This document shows, piece after piece, positions 20,348 to 30,556 of a stretch of 64,000 bases of DNA. The stretch is taken from the IMG/VR virus record IMGVR_UViG_3300008120_010307, one strand, 5' to 3'. Position numbers and translations under genes: made by a program. The stretch comes from an uncultured virus (IMG/VR IMGVR_UViG_3300008120_010307). Its lineage: Duplodnaviria; Heunggongvirae; Uroviricota; Caudoviricetes. The first letter of the stretch is position 1. Every line of letters starts with the position of its first letter. A model generated the notes under the pieces. That model had not been told where the DNA came from. It did not search any database and saw only the letters and a list, made by a program, of their open reading frames with translations.

Positions 20348-22453
20348 ATGTCGTGTTCTAAGTATCTTATTTATAGTGAAAATGATGGTAATTGGTACGC
20401 CACCCATTGTGGTGGTACAGATGCAAGTGGACCTATAGTAGGTGGTACTGCAGTTTATACAGATTGTATTATTGATGGAACTTTAGCTACTTCAAGAGGA
20501 ACAATAATTTTAGAAATCACAGATTGTGTGGATACAACACCCACACCTACACCTGTGGTCTGTGGTCAAGGTATAACCGATGTAGGTTATTATTATACAG
20601 ACTGCTGTGGAAATTTCGTAAGAGGTAATACTCCAGGACAGATAGTTTCATTAAACTACGGTCTACCATACAACGGAATTAAAATTCTGAATGTTCCTAC
20701 TTCAGAAATTTGTGCAACTCCTACCCAAACTCCTACAACCTCCCAAACTCCCACTCCAACACCTAATTCAACCCCAACTCTAACGCCATCAATAACACAA
20801 AGTGCAACACCAACACTCACACCAACACCAAGTCAAACTCCTGCAGTTGTTTACTATAACGAGTGTGAACCTATTACTATTTTTCCTATGGAAATTGAGT
20901 GTATAACAGTTCAAAATCCAACTACTTCAACTTCTTTTGATGGTATTTTATATGTAAATGTCACTGGTGGTACCCCTCCTTATAATTTTTATTGGAATAC
21001 CGGTGAAAGAAGTCAGACTATTTCAAATGCACCTGTGGGAAACTATACGGTTCTTGTAATAGATTACTATGGAGACTTTTCAGCAACAACAACATGTTCG
21101 TTGATTGGGCCCACTTCAACTGCTACTCCGACACCTACTCTTACAATGACACCAACGCCAAGTTTGAGTTTAACAAGTTTGTGTCTGTTATTCACACCTC
21201 TTGGAAGCTACGGTTCATCAGGTCAACAAGCGGGTCTTCAGCTTACTTTCGTTCCATCGGGTAATGCTAATGGTAAACCAACATGGTATAATAGTTCTCA
21301 GAACCTGACTATCACTTGGTCAATTACGAACAATAGATGGGAAATAACTAATTGGAGTTACGGAGGTATACCAGTAAACACAAATCCAAGCTTGATACCT
21401 TCGAGTGGTTGGGTGATTTTAGGTACACCAACAACTTATGGAACAATTATCTCAACAGTTGGTAATTGTCCAACAGTGACTCCTCTTACATACACTTTAC
21501 AAGTAGTACCTTCAAGTTGTAATACAGGTACTTGTACTGGCTCAATTTTTGTAAACACTCAAGGAGGTGTTCCCCCATATTCATATTCAATCGATTCGCA
21601 AAACTACCAATCAAGTAATATATTCTTGAATCTTTGTCCAACTACATATGGACTAATAGTCAAAGACTCTTTGGGAACTATACTTACCCAATCTGTGACA
21701 ATAACATATAATTCTACCTTTACAACTTATACATTATCACTTGTTGTCGACGGAGTGACAAATCTGAATCAAAACACTAGAAGGATAGACTGGCATGTAG
21801 AAGTGGTGCCACCTCTACCTGCGGGACCTTCTATCGAATTTACTTATTTGGTCAATTCGGTACAACAAAAACAAGGACCTTTTAATGCTAGTCCTAACAC
21901 GACTATGACAATTACAAGTTCTAACAACATAGAAAAGAACCAAGTGCCGATTGTTTTGGCTGTGAATTCAACTTCAGTTCAAACATTACCTAATGTGTGT
22001 TCTCCTTCGACTTTGACTATGGAACAAACTTCCATTTCTCAAAGTAAAAATGTTACTATATCTGCAAACGATACGTTCAGTGGTAATTCTTTATCATTCA
22101 TTGATGTGTTCAATCCTACTACTCAGGACAATTGTGTGTCTACAGGGGTACAAGATATTGGTATTTCATTGCAGAATGTTACGTTAAAGGGTGGAGTTTG
22201 TGCGAATGTTGAATATATTCAGGAACCTATAACACTCACTCAGAGAGTCGTTGGTGTTTTGACTAGTTTGGCCTGTTTAGCTTATACTTGTACGCCTTCA
22301 ACACCATATGGATTGAGTATCGAGTGGGAAGATTGTAATGGAAATTACACAACTCAAACATTCTTTGGGGCTACAACTGTTTGTGCAAGGGAAGGTACTT
22401 TGAACATAACCAACGGCTCAGGTATAATACAAAACATAGGAAGTTGTTCATAA
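20348..22453 (+). CDS. putative virion protein with SprB-like repeats and TP linkers
   Basis: DGILYVNVTGGTPPYNFYWNTG...GNYTVLVID and GSIFVNTQGGVPPYSYSID...YGLIVKDS resemble Bacteroidota SprB repeats. Confidence 0.65.
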   Translation: MSCSKYLIYSENDGNWYATHCGGTDASGPIVGGTAVYTDCIIDGTLATSRGTIILEITDCVDTTPTPTPVVCGQGITDVGYYYTDCCGNFVRGNTPGQIVSLNYGLPYNGIKILNVPTSEICATPTQTPTTSQTPTPTPNSTPTLTPSITQSATPTLTPTPSQTPAVVYYNECEPITIFPMEIECITVQNPTTSTSFDGILYVNVTGGTPPYNFYWNTGERSQTISNAPVGNYTVLVIDYYGDFSATTTCSLIGPTSTATPTPTLTMTPTPSLSLTSLCLLFTPLGSYGSSGQQAGLQLTFVPSGNANGKPTWYNSSQNLTITWSITNNRWEITNWSYGGIPVNTNPSLIPSSGWVILGTPTTYGTIISTVGNCPTVTPLTYTLQVVPSSCNTGTCTGSIFVNTQGGVPPYSYSIDSQNYQSSNIFLNLCPTTYGLIVKDSLGTILTQSVTITYNSTFTTYTLSLVVDGVTNLNQNTRRIDWHVEVVPPLPAGPSIEFTYLVNSVQQKQGPFNASPNTTMTITSSNNIEKNQVPIVLAVNSTSVQTLPNVCSPSTLTMEQTSISQSKNVTISANDTFSGNSLSFIDVFNPTTQDNCVSTGVQDIGISLQNVTLKGGVCANVEYIQEPITLTQRVVGVLTSLACLAYTCTPSTPYGLSIEWEDCNGNYTTQTFFGATTVCAREGTLNITNGSGIIQNIGSCS

Positions 22454-22477
22454 TCAAAAATTCAATATTTATTTTAG

Positions 22478-24724
22478 ATGTCATATATTATAAAAAATAC
22501 TTCAGGTTTAATTAGTACCAGACTTACGGATGTAGGGAGGAGAAAAATATCTCAGGGAAATTTTCAAATTTCTTACTTTCAAATTGGTGATAGCGAAGTT
22601 AGCTATTCAGCTGCAACTCCATACAATCAGGTAAGGAACAATATTTTAATGCCATCTTTCAACGCACAAAATGATACAGGATATCCTCAATCCAACAAAG
22701 AGGAAATAAAATACCCATATTATGTACAAAGTGGTTCTGGTATTAAATATGGTATTCCATTCATGGATAGTGGATATGATATTGTTTACAACACTCAGGG
22801 TCCTAAAGGATTCTTTTCTGCATCCACAGCGACTACAATCGTACAAACAAGTTCGGCCTACACAGTAACGTCGAATTATTTCATAGATATGACTACTTTG
22901 TCTGGTCAAACAGACATTTATTTGGATTTTGATTATTGTTCTGCAACTTCAGGAACTCCAAGCATTGGTGATTTCATAACAATTTATTTTGATGGTGTTG
23001 GAGATTGTAACTCAATAAATACAGTACCTATTCTTACATACCAAATCGTAGGTTTAGTTCCATCGACGGGAACAACCGCGCAAACACCTTGGCACGTTTA
23101 TCTTGACAGACCAGTACCAAATTATACCGGAACGACTACTTCAGGAAATTATGCTCGAGCCCAAATTTATCCTTCAGGGATGACAGTTCTATATGATTCG
23201 GAGGTTCCTCAAATATATTGGGACCCAACTACTTTGACATTTGACGAACCATGTAGTATTCTAAATAAGGAAACTCCGGTCTGGAATATGAATATTCCTT
23301 GGTCGGAAAATCCTGCAGGATTATTTCCAAGTACTTATCAAGATTATTCGACTTACTCTGCGGTAACTTATTTAGGTAGTAAAGAATACTTTGGTTACCA
23401 AGAGTCTTCAGGTCAAACCTTTTTTGTTTCTAATAGATTCAGTGCCGAAACTACTGACACCTACTACTACAATTCATATGATGAAAAAATAAATGTTTTA
23501 CCAAAAAATCAAAAAGCGATTGCAATAGTACATTTCACTAATCAGGATATTGATTTTCCTTATGGTGAAAAGTTTGCAACTTTACCTTTTGACCCTCAAA
23601 ACCCAACTAACCAGACTGGTTTGGCTAGACACCTGAAAGTAAAACTTCCCACTTTAATGTGGCACAAATCCACGGGAAATACTATTGGTCAAACTTTTAT
23701 GATTGACCCACCAGGTTATAATCTATGTGTCCCACATTACATGAAATCATCTAAGAATCCTGATATGAACGACCCGGGTTTAAGGTACTTCCAATTGTGG
23801 GATTTGAACCCAGATACGAATGGTAATTTAAACAGGGTTGGTAAAGTTTTTCCTGATTCTCAGACAATTATTTTTGATGACGAAGAGATTGTTGCGGCTA
23901 TGTCTTATAAAGCTAACAGAAATTGGACACTACCTGCACCCCGTCTTTCAACTGTTCCACCAAACCTTTGTGATTCTAATCAAACAGGTACGCCATTGTT
24001 CACAAATCCAAGTGAGAGACTTTGGTTGACGTATTTGTTCACGAATACAGGATTTACCAATTCTCTACATTGTAATTATTATTCACAAGTATTGGCTCCT
24101 ACAGGTACCTCTGTAACGAATCCTTTCAACGTCATTACAAAATTTGGACCTGAGTTTCCTTTTATGAGTCAAAATTTTGGACCAATACCTTTGAGTGGTT
24201 TCACAGGATTTGTTGCCAACAATTTGATTCTTCTCGTACAGAAAGTAACGGGTGATACTAAACCCTCTTCAACCTCTTGGAGAAGAATTGACGTCACTAA
24301 TTCTATGAGTGCAAATACCATAAATGGATATTTGACAATGAGTGGAATGACAGGAACTACCTTCCAAATTGATGGCGACATGTACAACGCCGCAGCCTCC
24401 AATTTGTATAATTTAGCTAACTACATAAATATTCCTCTTTGGGGTGCTACAGGTCAAACATTGAATTTCGGTCAGGAATACTATTTCTATGGTAATTTTG
24501 AAACGGACATTTCGGCAACAATATACGAAATGAGATACAAAGTTACACTCGGAAGAAATCAATTCACAAATACAACAAATCCGACTTGGCAATCGGGGAC
24601 CACTTCATACATTACTGAAATAGGTCTATTTGACGAAAATTATGATTTGTTAGTTCTATCAAAATTACAATCCCCCCAAATTAGACAGGGTATTCAGCAA
24701 TTTTTGGTCAAATTAGATTTCTAA
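22478..24724 (+). CDS. putative baseplate/tail-associated structural protein
   Basis: N-terminal LTDVGRRKI...ISYFQIGDSE and C-terminal YITEIGLFDEN..LL.LSKL motifs are typical of tail-collar/baseplate proteins. Confidence 0.55.
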   Translation: MSYIIKNTSGLISTRLTDVGRRKISQGNFQISYFQIGDSEVSYSAATPYNQVRNNILMPSFNAQNDTGYPQSNKEEIKYPYYVQSGSGIKYGIPFMDSGYDIVYNTQGPKGFFSASTATTIVQTSSAYTVTSNYFIDMTTLSGQTDIYLDFDYCSATSGTPSIGDFITIYFDGVGDCNSINTVPILTYQIVGLVPSTGTTAQTPWHVYLDRPVPNYTGTTTSGNYARAQIYPSGMTVLYDSEVPQIYWDPTTLTFDEPCSILNKETPVWNMNIPWSENPAGLFPSTYQDYSTYSAVTYLGSKEYFGYQESSGQTFFVSNRFSAETTDTYYYNSYDEKINVLPKNQKAIAIVHFTNQDIDFPYGEKFATLPFDPQNPTNQTGLARHLKVKLPTLMWHKSTGNTIGQTFMIDPPGYNLCVPHYMKSSKNPDMNDPGLRYFQLWDLNPDTNGNLNRVGKVFPDSQTIIFDDEEIVAAMSYKANRNWTLPAPRLSTVPPNLCDSNQTGTPLFTNPSERLWLTYLFTNTGFTNSLHCNYYSQVLAPTGTSVTNPFNVITKFGPEFPFMSQNFGPIPLSGFTGFVANNLILLVQKVTGDTKPSSTSWRRIDVTNSMSANTINGYLTMSGMTGTTFQIDGDMYNAAASNLYNLANYINIPLWGATGQTLNFGQEYYFYGNFETDISATIYEMRYKVTLGRNQFTNTTNPTWQSGTTSYITEIGLFDENYDLLVLSKLQSPQIRQGIQQFLVKLDF

Positions 24725-24779
24725 TCTATTCATTACTTGCACAAGTAGGTTATATTTTTATCTATTATTCATTTAATAC

Positions 24780-25400
24780 ATGAGAAGTGGTAAAAAAAAC
24801 AAAAAAGATGTTAAAATAGATTCACCCAAAGTTTTGGGATTGGACGTTTCTACTAAAACAATAGGATTTGCTTTATTTGATATTGGAACCAAAAATTTGT
24901 TGGAATTGACTCACGTTTCACCTCGACCAATAAAAAAAACTGAAAGTAAAATTGAAGAATTACTTTTGAAAAGTCAGGTGTTCAGAAAAAAACTTGAACA
25001 ATACGTAGGTTTGGGAATCGAGAAAGTTATAATTGAAGAACCATTATTGAACTCCAACAACATATATACAGTTGGAACTCTGATGAGATATAACACACTC
25101 ATTTGTAGGGAGATTTATGATATATTAAACATAGTACCTGAGTTCATCTCAACATATAATTCAAGGAAGTTCGCCTTCCCTCATTTAGTTCAAAAAAACG
25201 ACAAAGGAAAATTTGTTCTTTTTGGGGCACACCCAAAAGATTGTGATAAAAAGATGATTATTTGGGAACTTGTTGCAAAAAGAGAACCTCAAATTACGTG
25301 GCAGTACACTAGAAATAATACCCTGAGTAAAGAAAATTTTGACCAAACCGATGCTTACTGTGCGGCGTTGGGCTATATGAAGTCAAAAGAAATTTGGTGA
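24780..25400 (+). CDS. RuvC-like Holliday junction resolvase
   Basis: VLGLDVS..TIG, VIIEEP and DQTDA acidic RNase H-fold motifs. Confidence 0.75.
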   Translation: MRSGKKNKKDVKIDSPKVLGLDVSTKTIGFALFDIGTKNLLELTHVSPRPIKKTESKIEELLLKSQVFRKKLEQYVGLGIEKVIIEEPLLNSNNIYTVGTLMRYNTLICREIYDILNIVPEFISTYNSRKFAFPHLVQKNDKGKFVLFGAHPKDCDKKMIIWELVAKREPQITWQYTRNNTLSKENFDQTDAYCAALGYMKSKEIW

Positions 25401-25423
25401 TTTTTTTAAATTTACTATCTTTG
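25393..25423 (+). promoter_or_regulatory. Bacteroidota-type sigma70 promoter
   Basis: TTTG (25393-96), 19 nt, TATCTTTG (25416-23); ATG at 25428. Confidence 0.7.
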
Positions 25424-25427
25424 TGTT

Positions 25428-25790
25428 ATGTTACAAATGCAAAGAAGCGAACAAGCGCTCGAAAAAAGATATTTCATTAAAAAGTTTTCTACAGGTATAA
25501 AAGTAGATACTCAAAAGATTCGAGGACATTTCACAATTACAAGTTATAGGAAGTATTCTTACAAAGAAGAAGTTGATGTAGTTTTCAAAGGAGAAATTTT
25601 CTGTAAGATTGGAAGAACTCCGGCTCAGTGGTATGGAAATGAAATTATCGGTATCTATAAGAATATATCTAAGGTCAAATTGAATAGGTTACTTCGTAAA
25701 AGTTTATTCGAAGACGTTCGTAGAAGGTGCAGACTTTTCTCTGCTGACCTTTGGACTTACCATGATATAAAAAAAATAAAATGGAATTGA
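25428..25790 (+). CDS. hypothetical protein
   Basis: 120-aa basic ORF directly after the promoter. Confidence 0.5.
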   Translation: MLQMQRSEQALEKRYFIKKFSTGIKVDTQKIRGHFTITSYRKYSYKEEVDVVFKGEIFCKIGRTPAQWYGNEIIGIYKNISKVKLNRLLRKSLFEDVRRRCRLFSADLWTYHDIKKIKWN

Positions 25791-25791
25791 T

Positions 25792-25974
25792 ATGGAACTT
25801 GTAAAATTTTTGGTCACCGTTTGGTTTATCTTATTTTGTATCTTCGCTATTGGATTCTTTTTTGGAGTTATAATTGAAAATCATCTCAATGAAACAAACC
25901 CAATCAAGAAATGGTGGAGGAAACATATTGTTGCCCCCGACCCAGATGACAGTTGGAAAAATTTCAGAGGATAA
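25792..25974 (+). CDS. small membrane protein
   Basis: N-terminal hydrophobic helix; its stop overlaps the primase ATG. Confidence 0.45.
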   Translation: MELVKFLVTVWFILFCIFAIGFFFGVIIENHLNETNPIKKWWRKHIVAPDPDDSWKNFRG

Positions 25975-26888
25975 TGCAAGACGAAGTCGAAGTATTGGTT
26001 GAATTACTTACTGATGTGCTTGGCGACCCCCATAATCATTATGAGTCCAAGGCGCAGATATCATTCGATTGTCCAGTCTGTGCGGCAGAAAAGGGTCTCG
26101 AAAACGGTGATGGTAAAGGTAACCTCGAAATAAATTACTCAAGACATGTTTATAAATGTTGGGCTTGTGGTGAAACCTTGGGCACACATGGTCCCTTAGG
26201 TAAATTATTTGACAAATTCGGAACTAAAAAACAAAAAAAGGTATATGAACTCATAAAACCTGAAGAACTCAAACAAGAGGAAAAGAAACGTGTCTGGTTC
26301 AGACTTCCAGAAGGGTACATGACGTTCAAAGATTCAAATCCAAGATTCATACCTCACATCGAAGCTTACAATTATTTAAAAAGTAGAGGTATCACCGATG
26401 AAATAATTGAGAAATATAAGATAGGTTATACGGTGAAGGGGGATTTTGCTTACAGGATAATTGTTCCATCATACAATGCGGAAGGTCAATTAAATTATTT
26501 TGTGGCTAGGTCATGGACAAACAAGAAGATGAAATATAAAAACCCGACCGCACAAAAAGACGAAATCATTTTCAATGAGGGTCTAATTGATTGGAACAAA
26601 GATATTTTCTTGGTCGAGGGAGTTTTTGACTCATTCTTCTTGGAAAATCCAATTGTTATGTTGGGAAAAAAAATGAGTAGACTACTATTCGAAAATCTGT
26701 ATAATAGGGCAAACGGAAACATTATAGTTTGTTGTGATGGAGATGCTTGGGAGGATGGTTTAAAAATCTATCATGAACTAAACGGAGGTAGACTCTATAA
26801 CAAGGTAAAAATTGTCAAGTTACCTCGTGATAAAGATATTTGTGATTTGAAAGGTCAAATTGATGAATATTATTTTGAGATAAAATAA
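25974..26888 (+). CDS. DnaG-type DNA primase
   Basis: Zn ribbon CPVC...CWAC, YLKSRGI, KYKNP, TOPRIM VEGVFD and CDGD; likely ATG at 25974 (TAATG overlap). Confidence 0.85.
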   Translation: MQDEVEVLVELLTDVLGDPHNHYESKAQISFDCPVCAAEKGLENGDGKGNLEINYSRHVYKCWACGETLGTHGPLGKLFDKFGTKKQKKVYELIKPEELKQEEKKRVWFRLPEGYMTFKDSNPRFIPHIEAYNYLKSRGITDEIIEKYKIGYTVKGDFAYRIIVPSYNAEGQLNYFVARSWTNKKMKYKNPTAQKDEIIFNEGLIDWNKDIFLVEGVFDSFFLENPIVMLGKKMSRLLFENLYNRANGNIIVCCDGDAWEDGLKIYHELNGGRLYNKVKIVKLPRDKDICDLKGQIDEYYFEIK

Positions 26889-26935
26889 ATTTTGTAGTTT
26901 GGTTGAGATTCCATATCTTAGCTAAAATTACAGAC

Positions 26936-27091
26936 ATGACCTTTACAATCGACACCTACACAAGATTCAAACTTCAGTATCTGAAAGCTTCCAACAACAA
27001 AAAGGAAAAGTTTACTTTCGATGGTCATGATTTTTTGACAGAGTATGCTAAATACTTACTCATGTATCTTAAACCAAAATTTGAAAAGTGA
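26936..27091 (+). CDS. small hypothetical protein
   Basis: In-frame ATG at 26936 preceded by TTTG-N19-TATCTTAG; FTFDGH..L..YAKYL. Confidence 0.5.
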   Translation: MTFTIDTYTRFKLQYLKASNNKKEKFTFDGHDFLTEYAKYLLMYLKPKFEK

Positions 27092-27933
27092 TGAATCTAT
27101 CCATTGCAGCACAGGAGATTAGAGAATTGATTTCCAAAAGACAGAAAGAGTTGGGACTTGTTTTCGAAGAGGAACGTCACATTTACACCATGAATGGTAA
27201 AACAAGTTGGCCATCAGTTTCCAAAGTTCTTAAAACATTTTACAGGGCATTCCCTACTGAAGAAGCTGCTTATAACAAAGCTGGTGGAGACCCCGAAAAA
27301 CAACAAGAACTAATCGAACAATGGGCAGCTGCGGGTACCTATTCCACAAATTTGGGTAGTAGGGTCCATTTTGTTTTGGAAGATGAGTTAGTAAAAAGAA
27401 ATGGTTCTTACAAAGATGTCAGAAAGCCTATCTTTGAGTGTGACCTTACACAACTTATGAAGAGTGACAAGATGATTGTTGCAGGAAAAAGGTACTTAGA
27501 ATTGTTGGAGCAACGTAATGTTGTGTTGTTGGATACTGAGATTGTTTTGGGTGACCCCGAATTGGGTTATACAGGACAACCCGATAAGGTTTGGTTGACA
27601 ATGAATAAAACGGGAGACGAGTTTGGTTTTCTAATTACTGATTGGAAAACAAACAAACCTAAAAATTTCCAGCAGACAGATTTTACTGAAAGAATGTTCA
27701 CTCCGTTTGAGAAATTACCAAACAACGCTTTGGGACACTATTTCGTTCAACTCCCACTTTATGGTAAACTACTTATAAAAATGCTTCAAGGTACGAAATA
27801 TGAAAACATCAAACTTTATGGGTGTATTGTTGCTCATCTTAGGGAAGACACTCAATTTGAGGAGTTTAGAGTACCTAAAGAAGTGATAAATACCGTTCTT
27901 GAGATGGACATGAAAAATTATTTGAAGAACTGA
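27088..27933 (+). CDS. PD-(D/E)XK exonuclease (Cas4/RecB-like)
   Basis: H.Y..PSVS, GSRVH, E, GQPD, DWKT, Y.VQL.LY. Confidence 0.8.
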   Translation: MMNLSIAAQEIRELISKRQKELGLVFEEERHIYTMNGKTSWPSVSKVLKTFYRAFPTEEAAYNKAGGDPEKQQELIEQWAAAGTYSTNLGSRVHFVLEDELVKRNGSYKDVRKPIFECDLTQLMKSDKMIVAGKRYLELLEQRNVVLLDTEIVLGDPELGYTGQPDKVWLTMNKTGDEFGFLITDWKTNKPKNFQQTDFTERMFTPFEKLPNNALGHYFVQLPLYGKLLIKMLQGTKYENIKLYGCIVAHLREDTQFEEFRVPKEVINTVLEMDMKNYLKN

Positions 27934-27963
27934 TAAAATTTACTATATTTAAAAAAAACCGTT

Positions 27964-28206
27964 ATGGATATTAAAGATTTATCTCAACCTAGAATTGACC
28001 TAAGAGATTGTGAAACTATAAAATGTGAAAATTGTGGAGGAATTTATTTTAAAGAAACTCTCATTTTGAAAAAGGTCTCTAAATTACAAGGGGCACCAAT
28101 GGACCAAAATGTTCCAGTTCCTGTCTTTAGATGCGAAGACTGTGGACACGTAAATAAAGGATTCAATCCATTTGAGGAAAACTCAAAACTCGTAGAAAAC
28201 GAATAA
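27964..28206 (+). CDS. zinc-ribbon protein
   Basis: CENC...CEDCGH. Confidence 0.6.
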   Translation: MDIKDLSQPRIDLRDCETIKCENCGGIYFKETLILKKVSKLQGAPMDQNVPVPVFRCEDCGHVNKGFNPFEENSKLVENE

Positions 28207-28217
28207 AGATAGAGTAA

Positions 28218-28997
28218 ATGATTAAAAGACTCGTACATTTTTCAGACCTACACGTGAGGTTATTCAAGGACCATGAACTTTATCGTTCAATCCTTGAATC
28301 TGCACTTAAAGAATGGAAGTCCATATCCCCCGATAGGATTGTTTTTACAGGTGATTTAGTTCATTCAAAAAATCAAATGACACCAGAGTTGATTGAGTTT
28401 GTTGCTTGGGTTCTCACTGAATGCAGTAAAATTGCTAAGACAATTGTAATAATTGGTAACCATGATTTTTTGGAGAATAACACCTCAAGGTTAGATGCTT
28501 TGACTCCGATTATTGATTCTCTTCAGAATGAAAACATAGTTTACCTAAAGAATAGGGGGGTTTATGAGGATGAAAATGTAAATTGGTGTGTATACTCTTT
28601 AATGGAACATAACATACCACCTGACATAAACAAATCTACAAATAAAAATATTGGATTATTTCACGGACCAATTCAAGGATTGTATACTGACATTGGTTAT
28701 AAGTTTGAAGATGGGTTTGACAAGAGTAAATTCAAAGGTTGTGATTTAGTATTGTGTGGTGATATTCACAAGAGACAAATCTTCGATATTCCTGGTGGTA
28801 AGAAAGCATACATGATTGGGTCAACCATTCAACAGAATTTTGGTGAATCCGTTAGGAAACATGGTTATGGAGTATATGACTTAGAAAAAGACGAATATGA
28901 CTTCATTGATTTACCAAACCCAAAACCATTCCTGTCTTTTTATATAAACTCTATTGATTGTTTGGCTGACGGCTCTGAGAAGTTAGTCAATTACTAA
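28218..28997 (+). CDS. Mre11/SbcD-like metallophosphoesterase nuclease
   Basis: SDLH, TGD, GNHD, FHG, GDIH, GS..QQNFGE. Confidence 0.85.
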   Translation: MIKRLVHFSDLHVRLFKDHELYRSILESALKEWKSISPDRIVFTGDLVHSKNQMTPELIEFVAWVLTECSKIAKTIVIIGNHDFLENNTSRLDALTPIIDSLQNENIVYLKNRGVYEDENVNWCVYSLMEHNIPPDINKSTNKNIGLFHGPIQGLYTDIGYKFEDGFDKSKFKGCDLVLCGDIHKRQIFDIPGGKKAYMIGSTIQQNFGESVRKHGYGVYDLEKDEYDFIDLPNPKPFLSFYINSIDCLADGSEKLVNY

Positions 28998-28998
28998 T

Positions 28999-29823
28999 AT
29001 GGAAGTAAAAATTAAATTATCCAATCAGGAACATAAAGAATTGGTTTCTTATTGTAACCTGAATGATTTACTTATAAGTTCAGTTGTCAAGGATTCCTTT
29101 ACAACTGGATTTAATATTGAAAGGTATGGTTTGCTAAATTCAGGGGTATCTCAAGAAAAACAGGTGGTAAAAGAGGTGATTGTTGAAAAACGGGTGGAAA
29201 TACCTGTTGAAGTCATCAAAGAGGTTGTCAAAATTGAATATGTTGAGGTTGAAAAACCTGTTGAAATTGTTAAAGAAGTTACAGTTGAAAAAATTGTAGA
29301 GGTGGTTAAAGAGGTGCCTGTAGAACGTGTGGTTGAAAAGATTGTTGAGATTACCAAAGAGGTACCTGTCGAAAAGGTAGTAGTCCAAGAAGTGATAAAA
29401 GAGGTTCCTGTAGAGAAAGTTGTCACCAAAACAGAGTATGTTAGTGATGATACCCAAATAAATGAACTTTTATCAAAAATACAACAGTTGGAAAACCAAC
29501 CTCCCAAAATAGTTGAGGTGGTTAAAGAGGTTCCTGTCGATAAGGTAGTTATACAAGAAAAGATTGTTGAGGTAACAAAAGAAATAGTTAAAGAAGTCCC
29601 GATTGAGGTTGTCAAAGAGATAGTTATAGAAAAGGAGAACAATATCGATAAATCCAAAATTGAGGCGCTTCAAAACACAATTAGCAAGTTACGAGAGGAC
29701 AACATCGAGAAAGAAAAAAAAATCACCAAACTTGAACAAACAATAAAAGAAATTCAATCAATTCAAAATAAACAAGCCGTATATTTGCGGGGTTCAAACT
29801 TAGATGATAAACTTTATAAATAA
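28999..29823 (+). CDS. Val/Glu/Lys-rich repeat protein with C-terminal coiled coil
   Basis: Repeated EVPVEKVV / VEVIKEV units. Confidence 0.65.
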   Translation: MEVKIKLSNQEHKELVSYCNLNDLLISSVVKDSFTTGFNIERYGLLNSGVSQEKQVVKEVIVEKRVEIPVEVIKEVVKIEYVEVEKPVEIVKEVTVEKIVEVVKEVPVERVVEKIVEITKEVPVEKVVVQEVIKEVPVEKVVTKTEYVSDDTQINELLSKIQQLENQPPKIVEVVKEVPVDKVVIQEKIVEVTKEIVKEVPIEVVKEIVIEKENNIDKSKIEALQNTISKLREDNIEKEKKITKLEQTIKEIQSIQNKQAVYLRGSNLDDKLYK

Positions 29824-29829
29824 AACTTT

Positions 29830-30165
29830 ATGACACAATTATTTTTATGGATGGTTATGGTTTATGGACTCAGTAACATTCTTGTTTACGGAAGCATATT
29901 TGATAGACCAAGAAATTACATCATCAAACAATCGGAAAATGAGGAAAACTATTTTATGGATTTTTTCATTTTCTTGAGAGACATGCTCAGTTGTATGATG
30001 TGTACTCCAACATGGGTTGGATTCTTCTTCGGAATTTTCTTATATTCTCCTGTACATCAAATACTGGAAGTAAACCCATACGTCTCTTGGTTCTTTGATG
30101 GTTTGTTAGCATCAGGCTCTACGTGGGCCATAAACTCGATTATCGAATGGTTTGAAAAAAAATAA
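29830..30165 (+). CDS. DUF1360-like membrane protein
   Basis: Hydrophobic segments with CMMCTPTWVG. Confidence 0.55.
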   Translation: MTQLFLWMVMVYGLSNILVYGSIFDRPRNYIIKQSENEENYFMDFFIFLRDMLSCMMCTPTWVGFFFGIFLYSPVHQILEVNPYVSWFFDGLLASGSTWAINSIIEWFEKK

Positions 30166-30168
30166 AAT

Positions 30169-30370
30169 TATGAAAGTAAACGCTGAATTCACAATGAAAA
30201 TCAAAATAGATGATTTTCCTTTCCCCAACAATATCTCGGCACATGAAGTGAAAAAGAGATTATTAGAAGAGGGTGAAAAAAGACTTAGATACTACACGTC
30301 AGGATTCTTATTAGACCCTGAGGGAAAGGTAGTAAGTAAAGACATTAAATTTGAAGTTAAACAAGATTAA
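30169..30370 (+). CDS. hypothetical protein
   Basis: Short ORF in operon context; start uncertain. Confidence 0.4.
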
Positions 30371-30371
30371 A

Positions 30372-30551
30372 ATGCCCCAAAGTAAAAAAAGAGGTGGAGC
30401 GAAGGCACACCGGAAAAAAATCGAAAACAGAAACAATCAAGTGAAAGCTCAGCAATCCGCTATGCAAAAACTATTCAACGAAGCCATCAAGGCTCAGATT
30501 GATGAATTGAAAAAAAAGAATGAGGAAACTTCAGGACAAACTGAAAACTAA
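30372..30551 (+). CDS. small basic hypothetical protein
   Basis: MPQSKKRGGAKAHRKK...; ATG 1 nt after the upstream stop. Confidence 0.5.
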   Translation: MPQSKKRGGAKAHRKKIENRNNQVKAQQSAMQKLFNEAIKAQIDELKKKNEETSGQTEN

Positions 30552-30556
30552 TCAAA

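Noticed and set aside
24780..25400. TnpB/Cas12-like RuvC effector
   Set aside because: Only 206 aa, with no Zn ribbon, REC/WED region or flanking ncRNA space; fits a plain resolvase.
27088..27933. Cas4 of a CRISPR-Cas system
   Set aside because: No array or other cas genes and no Fe-S Cys cluster; the replication context indicates a stand-alone phage exonuclease.
29140..29673. Antisense ORFs over the VEK-repeat gene
   Set aside because: Low-complexity mirror frames of the sense repeat.
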